Shown piece after piece: positions 1 to 18,266 of a stretch of 64,000 nucleotides of DNA. This DNA is from the human T2T-CHM13v2.0 reference genome, Homo sapiens: the NCBI RefSeq assembly GCF_009914755.1, contig NC_060937.1; one strand, written 5' to 3'. Below the pieces are notes generated by a model, which worked only from the letters and a program-made list of their open reading frames with translations, had not been told where the DNA came from and made no database searches. Numbering within the stretch: position 1 is the stretch's first letter; each line of letters begins with the position of its first letter. The position numbers were made by a program, and so were the translations under genes.

Positions 1-73
1 AAGCTAGGTTTCTCCTAGTGTGCTTTGTTTTGCAGTTTTGACTTTGGAACTATGTAAATATTTTACATAATAA

Positions 74-2546
<2,473 letters not shown>

Positions 2547-3862
2547 TTAAATATTTTTTATTTCCTGTTTATTGCATGTTTGAAACTTTGTTCTGTATTT
2601 TCTATTTCAGGATGTACGTAACATTGATGCAGGAGTGCATTACATGGGGGTGTGGGCACAAGATTTTCTTACTAGTGGAATGTGAACCAAAAAGTGTAGA
2701 GGCCACTGCACTAAAGGAGGCCGGCTCAATCAGTGAAAATATTCAGAGCCAGTTTTGTCGTTTTCAGCAGTCAGTAACTATCAGTAGACAAACATTTACC
2801 AGGAAATGTTGGTCTTTTAAACACTTTGGGCATGCTTCTTATTTAGTATGTTCATTCTATCATGACATTCAGTGAACATTTATTGAGTGCCTACTGTGTA
2901 CCAGGGATTAGTAAGCACGTTAAATTTATAAGCTTTGTTGATTTCCACCACAAACCCATAGGACCTCATGTTATTCTCATAATTGAGGAAACTGAGATTC
3001 CCAGTGTTGAATGAAAGCCACACAGTATCACATGGCCAATATCATGTGATTGCAGAGTCAGGACTCAAACCCAGCTCTTCACCATCACGCTATACTGACA
3101 GCCCTTTCCCAGTTCACAGGGAAAAATCAGGAACAGGGAGAGAATTTTCAAAATATTAAGTTTCCCCATAGAATTTTCTGAAGAACTTTGGTGTATGTTG
3201 CCACTTGTTCACTAACAAGTTCTAGCAGATGACAGAACAAATGAGGAAGTAGCTAATTAATATTAATGAACAACCTCAGAATTTTTCTGAGTGTTGAATA
3301 GACTTGAATATTCAACAGTCTCAAATATTTGACACCATTTAGTGGACACAGACTTGACTCGATATGCTTATTCTACCAAGTTGTTCCTGGTTTACGTGAC
3401 ACAACTGAATGTATGCCAGTTTCATGGGGGACTCTCAGATATTCTGAAGGTACCTAATCAAGTCAGTACAGTGGGAAGGAGAGAGAAACAGAAGCCTCAT
3501 TTGTGAAATAGTACTTGAGTTTGTGCGTGAAGAATGGATAGGATTTAGACTGAGAAGCGTGGAAAGGGGACAACCATAAACAACTGTAGAGAGGCTGGAA
3601 CGTGAGCTGTGCTGCAGGCAGCAGGGATGCCTGGAGGCACGTGGAAGCCAGGAGGTGGCGGGCACAGGACACTTGACAATGCAGTGCATAAGCTCAGGTG
3701 AGACGGGCAGAAGAACTTCCGTAAGATGCCAAGGAAAACTGCTTTTATTAAATATCTTAATTTTTGGCAGAATCATTTTGTCTGATATAATGTGATGGGT
3801 TTAGTACCACATTACATTTCACATGTTATATTCTGAAATCTGAAACTTTTTTTTTAATCTAG

Positions 3863-4886
<1,024 letters not shown>

Positions 4887-5019
4887 AGTGTTTCAGAGCT
4901 TTATGGTGATGAGAGATGCTTCTGGATGGTCCTGGGAGCCTGTGTTCTCCTCACATTCAGGAGTCCAGTGGAAAGCTGGCTCAGCTGGACTGAGCAAGCT
5001 GAGAAGAAACATGGTCTTT

Positions 5020-5519
5020 TGTAGGGGATCTGTCAGGGTGGTGGGAGAAATTATAAAAATTAAGTTGTAGGAAATAGACACAAAACTTCTTGGATGGCTG
5101 GGAGGTTTGCATAGCTTCTGTAAAAGATTTGGCTGAAGGCAGCTGAATTCTCTTAAAAGCTTAGGGTGTAGATACATACGAAGGTGGAGGAGTTTATCTA
5201 AATAGCTTGTTTACTCATGTGGTCCTAAAACAGACCTTTGATCATTTGCAGGCGCATGACTGCTCTCTACTCAGGAGGTCAGCAATGTTAATTACCCTCT
5301 AGTGGTGTGGTGTTTACTTGAGACCTTTGTCATTAAATCTCTACTGAATAAATGCCTGGAGCCCCAGCCTGACAGGGCTGTGCCTGCTGACTCTTTACAG
5401 CACCCTCCTCAGTGTCTGGGAGCTGCCCGGTCCCCTACCCCACTCTTTCATGGGATACCTGTGTCTGAGTGCATTTCTTCATCTGTCATGCAGCCAGGGT
5501 CTGCAGGTTGGACCCAGCA
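5020..5519 (+). mobile_element. Solo LTR, LTR22-like (HERV-K HML-5)
   Basis: TG...CA termini (TGTAGGGGATCTGTCAGGGTGGTGGGAG ... GGACCCAGCA), ~500 bp, internal AATAAA near 5348; family from recalled consensus; no clear TSD. Confidence 0.7.
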
Positions 5520-6039
5520 AGTTATTGACAGAGTTTGAAAATTATACAGGATTGGTCATTGAGTTGGATATTTTAGTCAACATTTATTAAGCCCATGCCT
5601 CAGCAGTAGTTGACTTTTGTCTAAAGGGAGACAAAGAAATTCTAGTTTTCCCAAATGTCCAAGGCTCCAAACAAAACATACTGAATCAGAATTTCCAGAA
5701 GAAAGTCCTGGCAACTTGGATATTTAATAGGTGCTCCAGGTTATCAAGCACATTAGAACACAATGGCCCAGGTGCTGTATCTCAAAGTGTGAGTCTGTGG
5801 ACTGGCATTGTCTGCCTCACTCGGGAACTCATCAAGAGAGGCAGAATCTCTGGTCCTGTTTGAGACTATTGAATCAGAAGCTGCATTTTAATTAGCAAGG
5901 CCCTCAGGTGACTCCTGTGCATGTTTATAGTTGAAGGGCTAGTGGAATGTGGTGACAGGAACATATTTGGTGCTTGTTCAGGGCTTTGTTTTAAGAACCC
6001 ATGATGCTTGTGCCCAGTGGAGCAACCCATCAGTCCAAT

Positions 6040-6660
6040 TGTTGGGAGAAAAGCTGAGGCAAGACTTGCTATCTGACATAATATGAAAAGAGCCTTGGAA
6101 CATGTCCTGGGTCCAGAGTTTAAAACTTCTTGTGGCCTATGGAACACCAGGCTCTGTGCTTAAGGGTGGAAGGCTGCCCCACTGCACTACAACCTAAGCC
6201 CAGGGCATAAAACCCCTCGTGGCTTGGATGGAATCCAGGACTCAGTACATAAAACCCCTCACGGCCTCTGGAATGTGTCCAGACTTGCTGGCTCCTTGCT
6301 TCTTGCTCTCCCAGGATCATAAATTGATTGTATCTTGAGGTAGAAGGAAATGTTCAACATTATCTCGAGTAGCAGAACATGTTCCATATGCTTCAAAGAA
6401 AATGCTAGACTGACACAGCTATAAACTAAACACTTGATGTGACTGCTTCCTTTCAACCAGCACATCCTCGCCACCTGCTTCTTTGTTTAATCACCAATAA
6501 ATGGTGTGGGCTCCCAGAGTTCAAGGCCTTCACAGCCTCTATACTAGCGTTGGCCCCCTGGACCCACTTTATGTACTATTAGCTTGTCTTGTCTCATTCC
6601 TTTGACTCCGCCGGACTTTGTAGCCCCCACGGCCTGGTGTTGGGTTTGATCACCTCAACA
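6040..6660 (+). mobile_element. Solo LTR, LTR14A/B-like (HERV-K HML-1)
   Basis: TGTTGGGAGAAAAGCTGAG ... GATCACCTCAACA termini; perfect 5-bp TSD CCAAT (6035-6039 / 6661-6665); AATAAA near 6496. Confidence 0.8.
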
Positions 6661-7381
6661 CCAATGTGGATATTTGTGACTGCCTTTGTTTTATAATATT
6701 TTTATTATTCACCTTGTACGGATGAAGACTTCCAGCTGTAGAGGCCAAAGGGGCCACACTGCAGGTAGAGCAGGCATTCACCAAGGCGTTTGTGATCCTG
6801 GGGTGCAGCTCCCACCCTTGGCTGCCTGGATGCTTCTTTCCACACCTACTGTCTTGTGACATCCCCTTAGGCACCCAACACAGGCTGCTGTCTGATTTAG
6901 AACTGAGCCTGTTCAGTTGATGGCTCAGTGCAGGCCTCTAAAAAAGCAAGCCTGATGTGGGTTAGTACATCTGTGGTTGGCTTACTTATTTGGTGTTCAT
7001 TTTTTCAGTTTTCAGAAAGGTCAGTTGAAGTGCTGCTGGTGGCTGTAGAATTGATACGCAGGGGAAGTTTTTGATCTGTGCGCTTTCTAAGGGACAATTG
7101 CTAAGCCGCACTGATACCTTGAGCCCCTTTCCTTTGGAACAATGTAGAGCCCAGTTCATGGCTCCCAGAAGTTTAGGTCCAGTAATTTGGCTGCAGGCCT
7201 AGAGAATGGGAGGCTGCAGACTTGGACTAATGGTGAACTCTTGCCTCCCCCCAGGGATATGTGGTGCCTGTCATAAGCTCCAGAGAGCTGCCTTCCATGA
7301 GACCAGCAGAAGAGTGGGCAAACATGAAGTCCAATCCCCCTATCCAGGCTGCCATTGACCTCATGGCAGGGGCTGCAAGTA

Positions 7382-7715
7382 CAGTCCTGTGCCTCATAAC
7401 CATGTTTCTGTTGGTGATGGATGGTGTATCTGATGGTGGTCCCATGAGATTATACCATCTTTTACTATACCTTTTCTGTGTTTATATACATTTAGATACA
7501 CAAATACCACTGTGTTACAGTTGCCTACAGTATCCAGTACAGTAACGTGCTGTACAGGTGTGTAGACTTGAGCAACAGGCCATACTGTACAGCCTAGGTG
7601 TGGAGTAGGCTACGCCATCTAGGGTCGGGTGTGTATGCTCTATGATAGCACAATGATGAAATTGTGTAATGACACATTTTTCAGAACATGTCCCAGTCAT
7701 TAAGAAATGCCTAAG
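7382..7715 (+). mobile_element. Tigger3a-like (Golem/MER7) DNA transposon
   Basis: Starts TA|CAGTC; contains GGTGGTCCCATGAGATTATA and CAGCCTAGGTGTGGAGTAGGCTA; ~335 bp; ends at a TA. Confidence 0.75.
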
Positions 7716-9147
7716 TATAATCCCAGAGAAAACCCAGTCTTCTCTATTCCTCAAGTACCTTCTAAATGAGATCAAATGAAAGTGGTATGAAAACATTGCC
7801 TTTCTCCCTCTAGAAGTGATGGGCTTTACCTTTGGGATGAATCCATTTGATGGAAGTGTTGTTCAGAGTGTGGCAGAAGGTAGAGGAGTGTCCATTATTG
7901 CTAACACCTTGTGAGTCAGGGTGAGGGGGGGAATGTGCCCAGTACAGCTGGAAAACAGCTCAGAGGTGAAGCCCCTTGTCCACTGTCACCTGGCTGGGAT
8001 AGGCAGGTGACATGGTTCTTCAATTCAAGTCTGGCAGTCTTCAGAGCCCTTGTAGTGCAAAAATAACACCGTAGCATCTCCCAGGAAACACCACTTACTG
8101 TCCCTGCTAGTGTTGGCAAAGAAAGGAGGACACTTTTTAGAAGTGTCGTTTACAATGAGACTGATAATGGACTGTGTCTTAGAGCCATGAAAGGAAAGGA
8201 GAAGTTGTAGGATTTCCTGGGAATGTCAGCTAACCTGAGCCTAGGGGCCTGAGCCCAAGGGCAGACTGAGGCTCCCCCAGCACAGGGAGGTGCTACCTGT
8301 GACAAGGGGGTAGTGCTGGCACAGTGCAGGCTACTCCCTAGAAAGATCAGCTTGAACATGCAGGAAGAGCAGAACCCTCGGGCTGAGGCACAGGCGGAAT
8401 AGGAAGTGCATGGTGGTAATTTAGCTCTCCTGGGGCCAGAAGTAGGAGGAGCGGTTGGAAAGCTGATTGCCCAAAGGGAAACCCTGGACTACCCTGGCCT
8501 CCCACAGGACTCTCATAGTAATTGTGGCTCCCTGCAGTGGGGAGGCCAGAAGGAGTGTTGCCCAATGCTGTCCTCATCCAGTCCACCCCCCACCCACCAC
8601 CAACAGATGAGTATGGTCATGAGTGTGGTCACCTCATCAGTCATTTGCTCAGCTGTGAAAAAGAAATTGTTCAGAGAAGAGCAAAGTGTTTTTCCATGAG
8701 CCAGAGGTCAGCCAAGGTATGCTAATGAGGAGGACTGGAGACAGCGCATCACAGACACTGATAAGGAGCACTGGGCAAGGGCACTTCTCCCAGGGCAGAG
8801 CCCATAAGGAGCGTCCTGGCACCAGATGCTCAGGGAACTGAAGGCTGGCAGGGGCCCGCCCAGTAGTCTCTTGCCCACTGTGTGCCTTTAGGCTACAGCC
8901 TCCCAGGCCCCGTGCCCCCTCCCTTCCCCCATGCCACACTGGGGAAGATGCTGACCCTGAGAGTGGTGCAACCATCTGCCTGCCCCTGGCCACCTCTCAC
9001 CAGCACGTGAATGCTCTTGGGCTCAGTTCTGTCTCTGCAGTAGGAGGGTGTTTAGCCACATGACAGAGTCTCACCTTTTGACATTTTATGTCTTTCAGTC
9101 TGTCAAAGATCTAGAACATATTTTGATGGAATTAAAAAGTTTACTTT

Positions 9148-9443
<296 letters not shown>

Positions 9444-12400
9444 GAGTTTACCTTTTCCTGTTTATGTGCATACAGGTATTTGGGTACCACGTTTGTAATT
9501 CACAGTTAGTTTGAAAGATAGAAATTGAAACAGTATGGTTGGGAGCCTGGTATGTAAGCCGTTTGCTGGTGGGCATGTGTGTATTGGGCCCTTGTATGTA
9601 CGATCTCTGTGATCCCATCATTACTGTTCATTTCTTCCAGGAGAGGAATGACACACTTCTCCCTTTAATTGCCAGATTATCTCCGATTCTGAATCAGTGG
9701 AATATAATTTAATATGATTTTACTATGATTAATTCAGGGTCATTCTCTCCCAGGTGCTGCTGGGCTAGGATAAAATGAGATCTGAATTACATTAAAATAA
9801 TTAAGTATTCCAAGAGAAGAGGTGACAGAATGTTTTAAGTGGGTGTGTAATTTAGATAACCTAGATGCAGATAAGCTGAATGAAGCATTTAATCCAGCAC
9901 ATTCGTATTTTAACTTGATCATCAGCAATGGGAGTTTGAAACCTGATTGCAGCTGCAGGTCCCACACAACTGAATTCGGTTCCTTGTGCATAGTAGTGTT
10001 CACTGGAGATGCCTGGAGGTCTGAAGGTGTGCCCTTTTATAGGCAGGAATTCCACCAGGATGGGTATAGCTTGTTTTTTTTAAAAGGCTTGGGACTGGAT
10101 ACGATTGCCCAAGAAGACAGTGTAGACAGCAAGGAGGGCTGAGCATGAATGGGATGACCTACCAGCACAAAAAGGGCAGGCAGGAAGGCAGTAAAGAAAT
10201 GAGCAGGGCCCAAACCAGGAGAGTGTGGCATGCCACAATGGAGACTGAACAGAAACAAAACGATGGGCGACTGTAGTGTTGTTCCCTGTTGAAGGAGAGA
10301 CACTCTGTTACAGAAGACCTGGACTTCAGTTCAGTTCAGTTTCCTTAGCAAAGGACAAAATGGGGAGAGAAGACAGGGAATCAGGGAAGAAAAACTCACT
10401 CACTTAATGTGACGCAAACATCGCATGCAGTCGTACCAACCAAGTAAACATGATAAGCTACAAAGAACTATGGTTTTCGCTGCTCTCAAAATGCCACTGA
10501 GATTACCAAGTTTTAAGCTTATTTCAAGATTATTTATAGGTGATTCCCCAACTGGGAAAGTCATTTCTGAATTTCTTCTCTTCTAAAATAGATCTAGAAA
10601 AATTAACAAACTTTATTCCAGTAAGAGAGTTTGGGATGTACTGCTTCAGCCCCTGTCCTAAGGAAATTATCAAGCCTGGAGGGTGGGGTGCTATCAACTG
10701 CCTGCCAACATGTTACCTTCTGGCATCCAGAAGCTTCCCTGTGCCAGATGGAGCCACCAATGTGGGGAGGAGAGCACAAAGAGCAGAGAATCCACAGAAA
10801 CCATACCTGCAGGGAGCAAACACCATCACACCCCACTGCTGTGAATGCAAATGCATTTACCTGTTCTTACCATCTCCCTCAGCATGTTGAATCTATTCTG
10901 GGATTAGACAAGCTCCCAGACTTACCTGCTATGTTTAATAAAAACACGGTAAAGGAAGAATCGGGGCTATTAAAATACTTAAGAATGAGAAAGTTGAAAA
11001 AAGAAAAAAAGACGTAGATTGTGTTTGGCATGTCTTCCCCCCACCGTAAGGGATTGCCAGTCAGCTGGAGGCCTGCTGGTGCATGTGGGCCAGCCCTCGA
11101 CACCTCAGTGACCAAACGAAATACAACCCTCACTAGAGCTTCTTGTACTTGGCAAGACCCAGACATAGACCTGGGCTACCAAACAAAACCTTGTGTTCTT
11201 AGAGCCTGAGAACAAGAGCTTTGACAGTTTCCACAAAGAACCCTTCCGCAGCATTAGCATTTCTATCTTCACCTACCTGCAGCCATTACTGCATTGAACT
11301 CTGGAAATGTCACATCAGCTGTTCTTAAGATAAAATACCATTTGCTATTTTTTTTTTCCTCTAGGCCCTGTCCCTTTGATGTTAAGTGGTGGAGGGAGTT
11401 GGCGGGATTTGCTCTGGCTTGCGGTATATCCAGTGGATTGTATCAAATCCAGAATTCAAGTTCTTTCCATGTCTGGAAAACAGGCAGAATTTATCAGAAC
11501 CTTTATAAATGTTGTGAAAAATGAAGCTGAATAAACACCTGTTTTTCCAGCATCTATTATACATCTTAAAATCTGAGATATGAACTTCTCTGTTTTGATT
11601 GTAAAAGGAAAGAGAACAGTAACACAGAAACTTTGTGTCCCAAATAGAGCACAGATACCTTGTCTATTACTCATAGTAATCCTCCCTTAAATTTGTATAA
11701 CATGTGAAATTTTACAAAGTACTTATACCTCCCTTATCTAATTCAATCTTCATAACCACCCTGGGCAGTACTAATATTTTAAACCAGTCTCCAACCTCAA
11801 GGTTGGTGCTCTTGCCACTGCCCAGGTGAAGCTGCAAAGCTGTGGCCACCTCTGTCTCCATGGTTGCCTCTGTCTGGCCATCTCAGGCCTCAACTCTGCC
11901 CCATCCATATACTAAGAGTTAACCAAGCATGGAATTGGGGTATGTTACATGAGCATCAGTCAGTTTTGCCAGGAGACCTGATACTTGTCCTTGTTTCTGT
12001 TGGTCTATTTAGGGAAAGCTGGGAATGCGTCCTTCTATGACTTGTTGGTTTTTAGCACTCTTGTCTGGATTTGCATGTGTAAATATTCCTGTACTATGCA
12101 GCTGCATGGGTGTCCCCAAAGGAGGGATTGTTGCAGTCTTTGCTTGCCCTTTTGTCTTCTAGGAATAATGGCCTTATATTCTGGACTGAAACCTACATGA
12201 TTCGAGCATTCCCTGACAATGGAGCACTCTTTTTGGCCTATGAATATAGCAGGAATTTGATGATGAGCCAGTTGGAAGCATACTGAAGTGTCTTGGAGGG
12301 CCTGAGCCAAGCACAGGTGTTTGAGGACTACAGTTCATTTCAGGGTTTCTTGTAGTACAAGACCAGCGTGAAGTCATTCTGATTTCTTGGGAATTTTGCC

Positions 12401-12782
12401 TTTCTGTCTTCTCTTATACCCTATATCTTAACTTGTTTGGAAGAACCTCTATTTTGCATCATGTCATTTCTGCCCATAATTGTACTGAAATAGAGAAGTC
12501 ACTGCTCTTTCCCTTGGTAAAATAGAGAGTGGTCAGTAGGCTTATGCACCTAATTCAAAAGACTGAGTACAGTTCTGTCAGGGCTTTTACATAAACCTCT
12601 ACTTGCACATTCAATTTGGACAGTTATGTGTTGAGGGAAATACAGTTTGGTTCCATGTTTATTTCAAATATTGCCAGAAAAACCCAGAGGTGATCGTTTT
12701 TCATGAAGATGCTTACAAATGGTTGCTTAACCCATTCTAGATGTAGGATCTGCTTAATGTGTGTACTATTCTAAGTGGTTGA

Positions 12783-13075
12783 TTTTTTTTTTTAAATATG
12801 GAGTCTCACTCTCTTGCCCAGTCTGGAGTGCAGTGGTGCAGTCTCAGCTCACTGCAACCTCTGCTTCCTGGGTTCAAGCAATTCTTCTGCCTCAGCTTCC
12901 TGAATAAGTGGGATTACAGGGGTGCACTACCACACCTAGCTAATTTTTGTATTTTTAGTACAGACAGGGTTTCACCATGTTGGTCAGGCTGGCCTCGAAC
13001 TCCTGACCTCGTGATCCACCCGCCTCAGCCTCCCAAAGTGCTGGTATTACAAGCATGAGCCACTGCACCTGGCCA
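12783..13075 (-). repeat. Alu at the SLC25A15-like 3'UTR / L1 junction
   Basis: Alu motifs. Confidence 0.9.
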
Positions 13076-16000
13076 AATAAAACATATTTTTAACCAATAA
13101 AAATTAAGGACAAAGAAGAGCATTCCTTATAGAATGATAAAGGGCACAATTCAACCAGAAGACTTAGCCTAAATATGTACACACCCAACATTGGAGCACC
13201 CAAATTCATAAAACAAGTTGTTCTTGGCCTACAAAAAGATTTAGACACACAATAACAGCAGGAGACGTCAACAACCCACTGACAGCAATAGACAGATCAT
13301 TGAGGCAGAAAACTAACAAACACTGTACTTGCACTTGACAGTTGACCAATTGGACCTGATAGACATCTATAGAACACTTTGTCCAACAAACACAGAAGAT
13401 ACATTCTCATGTGCACACAGAACATATTCTAAGATCAACCACATGCTTGGCCATAAAGCAAGCCTCAATAAATTCAAAAAGTTTGAAATCATACCAAGCA
13501 CACACTCTGACCACAGTGAGACAAAAATAGAAATCAGTATCAAGAAGATCTCTCAAAACTACATAAATACATGGTAATTACATAATTTGCTCCTGAATAA
13601 CTCCTGGGTGAAAATCTAAATTAAGGCAGAAATAAAAAAATTCTTTGCAATTAATGAAAATAGGGACACAACATACCAGAATCTCTGGGATGCAGCTAAA
13701 GCAGTGTTAAGAGGAAAGTTTATAGCACTAAATGCCTTCATCAAGAAGTTAGAAATATCTCAAATTAACATTCCTACTTTGCACTTAAGGGAACTAGAAA
13801 AAAAGAATAAACTAACTCCAAAGCTGGCAGAAGAGAAATAACTAAAATTAGAGAAGCACTGAATGAAGTGCTTTTTGAAGTGCTGTTTTTTTTAGACTAG
13901 ATACAAAAATCCACACAAAAGATCAATGAAACCAATAATTAGTTTTTCAAAAAATAAACAAGATGGATAGCCTGATAGCTAAACAAAGAAAAAAAGAGAA
14001 GAGCCAAATAAGTACAATCATAAATGACAAAGATGACATTACAAACAATCCCACAGAAATACAAAAGATCCTCAGAGAATACTATAAACAACCCTATGCA
14101 CACAAATTAGATAATCTAGAGGAAACGGATAAATTCCTGGAAACATACAATCTCCCAAGATTGAATTAGAAAGAGATTGAATCCTTAAATAGACAAATGC
14201 CAAGTTCCAAAATCAAATCATTAATATAAAATCTACCAACAAGGAAAAGCCCTGGACTAGATGAAGCAACAGCTGAATTCTACTGGAGGTACAAAGAACT
14301 GGTACTAGTTCTATTGAAACTGATCCAAACTGAGGATGAGGGGTTCCTCCCTAACTCAGTCTATGAAGCCAGCATCAGCCTAATACCAAAATCTGGCAGA
14401 GAAACACACAAAAAGAAAACTTCAGGCTAATTACTCTGATTAACATAGACACAAAAATTATTAACCAAATACTAGGAAACAGAATCCAGCAGCACATCGA
14501 TAAGTTAACACACCACAATCAAGAAGGCTTCAGTCCAGGGATGCAAGACTGGTTCAACATACGCAAATCAATAAATGCGATTCACCACATAAACAGAACT
14601 AAAAGCAAAAACCATATCATCATCTCAATAGATGCAGAAACAGCTTTTGATAAAATCAAACATCCCTTCACATTAAAAACCTCAACAGACTAGACATCAA
14701 GGGAACATACCTCAAAATAATAAGAGCCATCTATGACAAACTCACAGCCACCAACCTACTGAATGGGCAAAACTTGGAACCAATCCCCATGAGAAATGGA
14801 GCAAGACAATGATGCCGACTCTCACCACTCCTATTCAACATAGTACTGGAAGTACTACCTAGAGAACTCAGGCAGGAAAAAGAAAGAATAGGCATCCAAA
14901 TAGGAAAAGAAGTCAAATTATCTCTCTTTGCTGATGATATGATTCTATATCCAGAAAACGAAAGACTCTGCCAAAAGCCTACTAGAACTGATAAACAACT
15001 TTAGCAAAGTTTCAGGATAAAAAAATCAATGTATAAAATTCAACAGCATTTCTATACACCAATAATGTCCAGGCTGAGAGTTAAATCAAGAACAGAATCC
15101 CATTTATGGTAGCGACAAAGAAAATGAAATAACTAGGAATACAGCTAACAAAGGATGTGAAAGATCTCTACAAGAACTACAAAACACTGCAGAAGGAAAT
15201 CAGATAACACAATTAAATGGAAAAACATTCCATGCTCATGGATTGGAAGAATCAGTATCATTCAAATGGCCACACTGCTCAAAGCAATTGACAGATTCAG
15301 TGCTATTTCTATCAAACTACCAATGTCATTCTTCACAGAATTAGAAAAAAGTATTCTAAAAGTCATATGAAACCAAAAGATGGCCTCAACAGCCTGAGCA
15401 AATCTAAGCAGAAGGGCAAAGCCAGAGGCTTCAAACTGTAAGGCTATAGTATCCAAAACAGCATGGTACTGGTACAAAAGCAGACATATAGACCAATGGA
15501 ACAGAACAGAAAACCCCGAATAAAGCCTTACACTTACAACCACCTGATATTGCAAGCTGACAAAAACAAGCAATGGGGAAAGGACTCCCTATTCAATAAA
15601 TGGTGTTGGGGTAACTGGCTAGCAATATGCAGAATAATGATACTCGACCCATACCTTTCATCATATACAAAAATTAACTGGAGATAGATTAAATATTTAA
15701 ATGTAAGACCTCAAGTGATAAAAATCCTAGAAGAAAACCTCAGAAATACCCTTCTTGACATTGGCCTTGGGAAAGAATTTTTAACTAAGTCCCCAAAAGC
15801 AGTTGCAATAACAACAAAGATTGACAAGTGGGACCTAATAAAGGTAAAGCGCTTTGGCACAGCAAGAGAAATGATCGACAGAGCAAACAGATAACCCACA
15901 GAACAGGAGGAAACATTTGGAAACTATGCATCCAACAAAGGTCTAATATCCAGAATCTATAAGGAACTTACACAAATCCACACGCAGAAACCAAATAACC

Positions 16001-16803
16001 CCATTAAAAATGTGGAAAGAACATGACACATACTTCTCAAAAGAAGACATACAAGTGACCAATGAGCATCTGAAAAAATGCTTCACATCACGGATTGTCA
16101 GAGAAGTGCACATCAAAACCACAGTGAGATACCCTCTCACACTAGTCAGAATGGCGATTAATAAAAAGTCAAAAACAACAGATGCTGGCAAGGCTGCAGA
16201 GAAAAGGGAACGTTTATACATTGTTGGTGGGAGTGTAAATTAGTTCAGCCACTGTGGAAAGAAGTCTGGAGATTTCTCAAAGAGCTTAAAACGAGCTACC
16301 ATTCAACCCAGTAATCCCATTATTGGATATATACCCAATGGAAAAAAGACCATTCTACCAAAAGACACACACACTGATATGTTCATTGCTGTGCTATTCA
16401 CAATAGTAAAGATACGGAATCAACCTAGGTGCCCATCAGTGGTGGATTGGATAAAGCAAATGTGGTACATATACACGATGGAATTCTACGCAGCCATAAA
16501 AATGAGCAAAATCATGTCTTTTGCAGCAACATAGATGGAGCTGGAGGCCATTATCCTAAGCAAATTAATGCAGGAACAGAAAACCAAATACCACATATTC
16601 TCACTTATGAGAGCTAAACAACAGGTATCCTTGAACATAAGGTTGGGAACAATAGACACTGTGGACTACTAGAGGGGGTGGAGGGAGAGGGCTGCGGGTT
16701 GAAAAACTACCTATTGGGTACTATGCTCACTACCGGGGTGCAATATACTGATGTAACAAACTTGCACACATACCCCCTATATTTAAAATTAAAGCTAAAA
16801 TTT
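13076..16803 (+). mobile_element. 5'-truncated older L1P (L1PA13-16-like): decayed ORF2 and 3'UTR
   Basis: ORF fragments resemble L1 ORF2 ([32 protein letters not shown]); typical 3'UTR GAAAAACTACCTATTGGGTACTATGCTCAC; many stops. Confidence 0.88.
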
Positions 16804-17937
16804 TAAGACATGAGTATCATTCTGATCTAAGTTTCTTGAGTTCTTCAAAGAATCATTCATTTTGCATTCTAAGAAAGCAATACCCAAAGAGGCCTTAAAT
16901 GAGTTTTCTTTGAATAAGCGAAAGCAGAATAGTGTGACAACTCATAATTTCCAGAAATTTTGGTGGGTCTTGGAGGTCTGGGGAAGAGAAACCTTACTGG
17001 TAATCTCCTTATTTCAAAAAGGGAAATTCTTAAAATAAAAAAGGGGGTTTCCTTCCTTCCTGTATTTCTGGTACTGAAAAAGACAGATCTTAATCTTCAC
17101 TGAGCCAGCTAAGTATTTTCCTCCCTATTCACCTAAACCCAGGACATAATCTGCCCTCTGTAGATTATGGCTGTGTGAATTTTAAAGGAAATAGTGTAAC
17201 CTATGTTGTGCCTACACATGTTTCTGTCATATGAATGGCAGGGCGTAATATTAACATGAAAGGAATTTGAAAGCATGTTCTATGATCTTTTCCTCAAAGG
17301 GGGAGCCAGGTCAGGGGGAGTAAAGGAAAAAGGCCTTAGCTGGGCTGCTGCATGGGCAGTCGGAACGTTTTTGGAATATTTAGAGGAGAAAAAATCACCT
17401 GCAGCGAGGTGGCTCACCAGCCTAGTGGGGCTCTTGGCTCCTGGCAGGTTGCTGCCTTCCGTGCCCACCATGGCTCAGGGCTCTACTCTCATCTGTGCCA
17501 CTCTGGTACCCACAGCCATTATAGCAAGTATTTTTCTATTTCCACTCAAAAATTAAAAAGCTCTCTGGCAAACTCCCGACATTGAGCTGCTGATGTGAGT
17601 GGTCCCAGCGGTTAGTGTGTTGGTTAGAAAGTTGCTATGCCAGACAGGTTTGCCCTGGACTCTCAAACCCTGTATTTTCATGAACTGCTTCTTTTTTTAG
17701 TCCTTTCTGTAGAGTGCCAGGTTTTTCAGGAATGAGTATATCGTGTTTTAGCAGTGACACTTTTCTTATTAGTTGTTATCTTTCATCTTGGTCTAGATTG
17801 TTGAGGGCCTTGCCAATAAAAGGAAAATCATTCAAATAAGAATAATTTCAATAAAGCCAAGATAGAAGGTTTTCAAGGACAATCATGGCCTGAAGATACA
17901 GTGGCAATAAAGGTATTTTGAATAAAGTAACACCCAC

Positions 17938-18266
<329 letters not shown>

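Noticed and set aside
13076-16803. L1 ORF2-like peptides as a possible active reverse transcriptase
   Set aside because: Broken by many stops and frameshifts and 5'-truncated.
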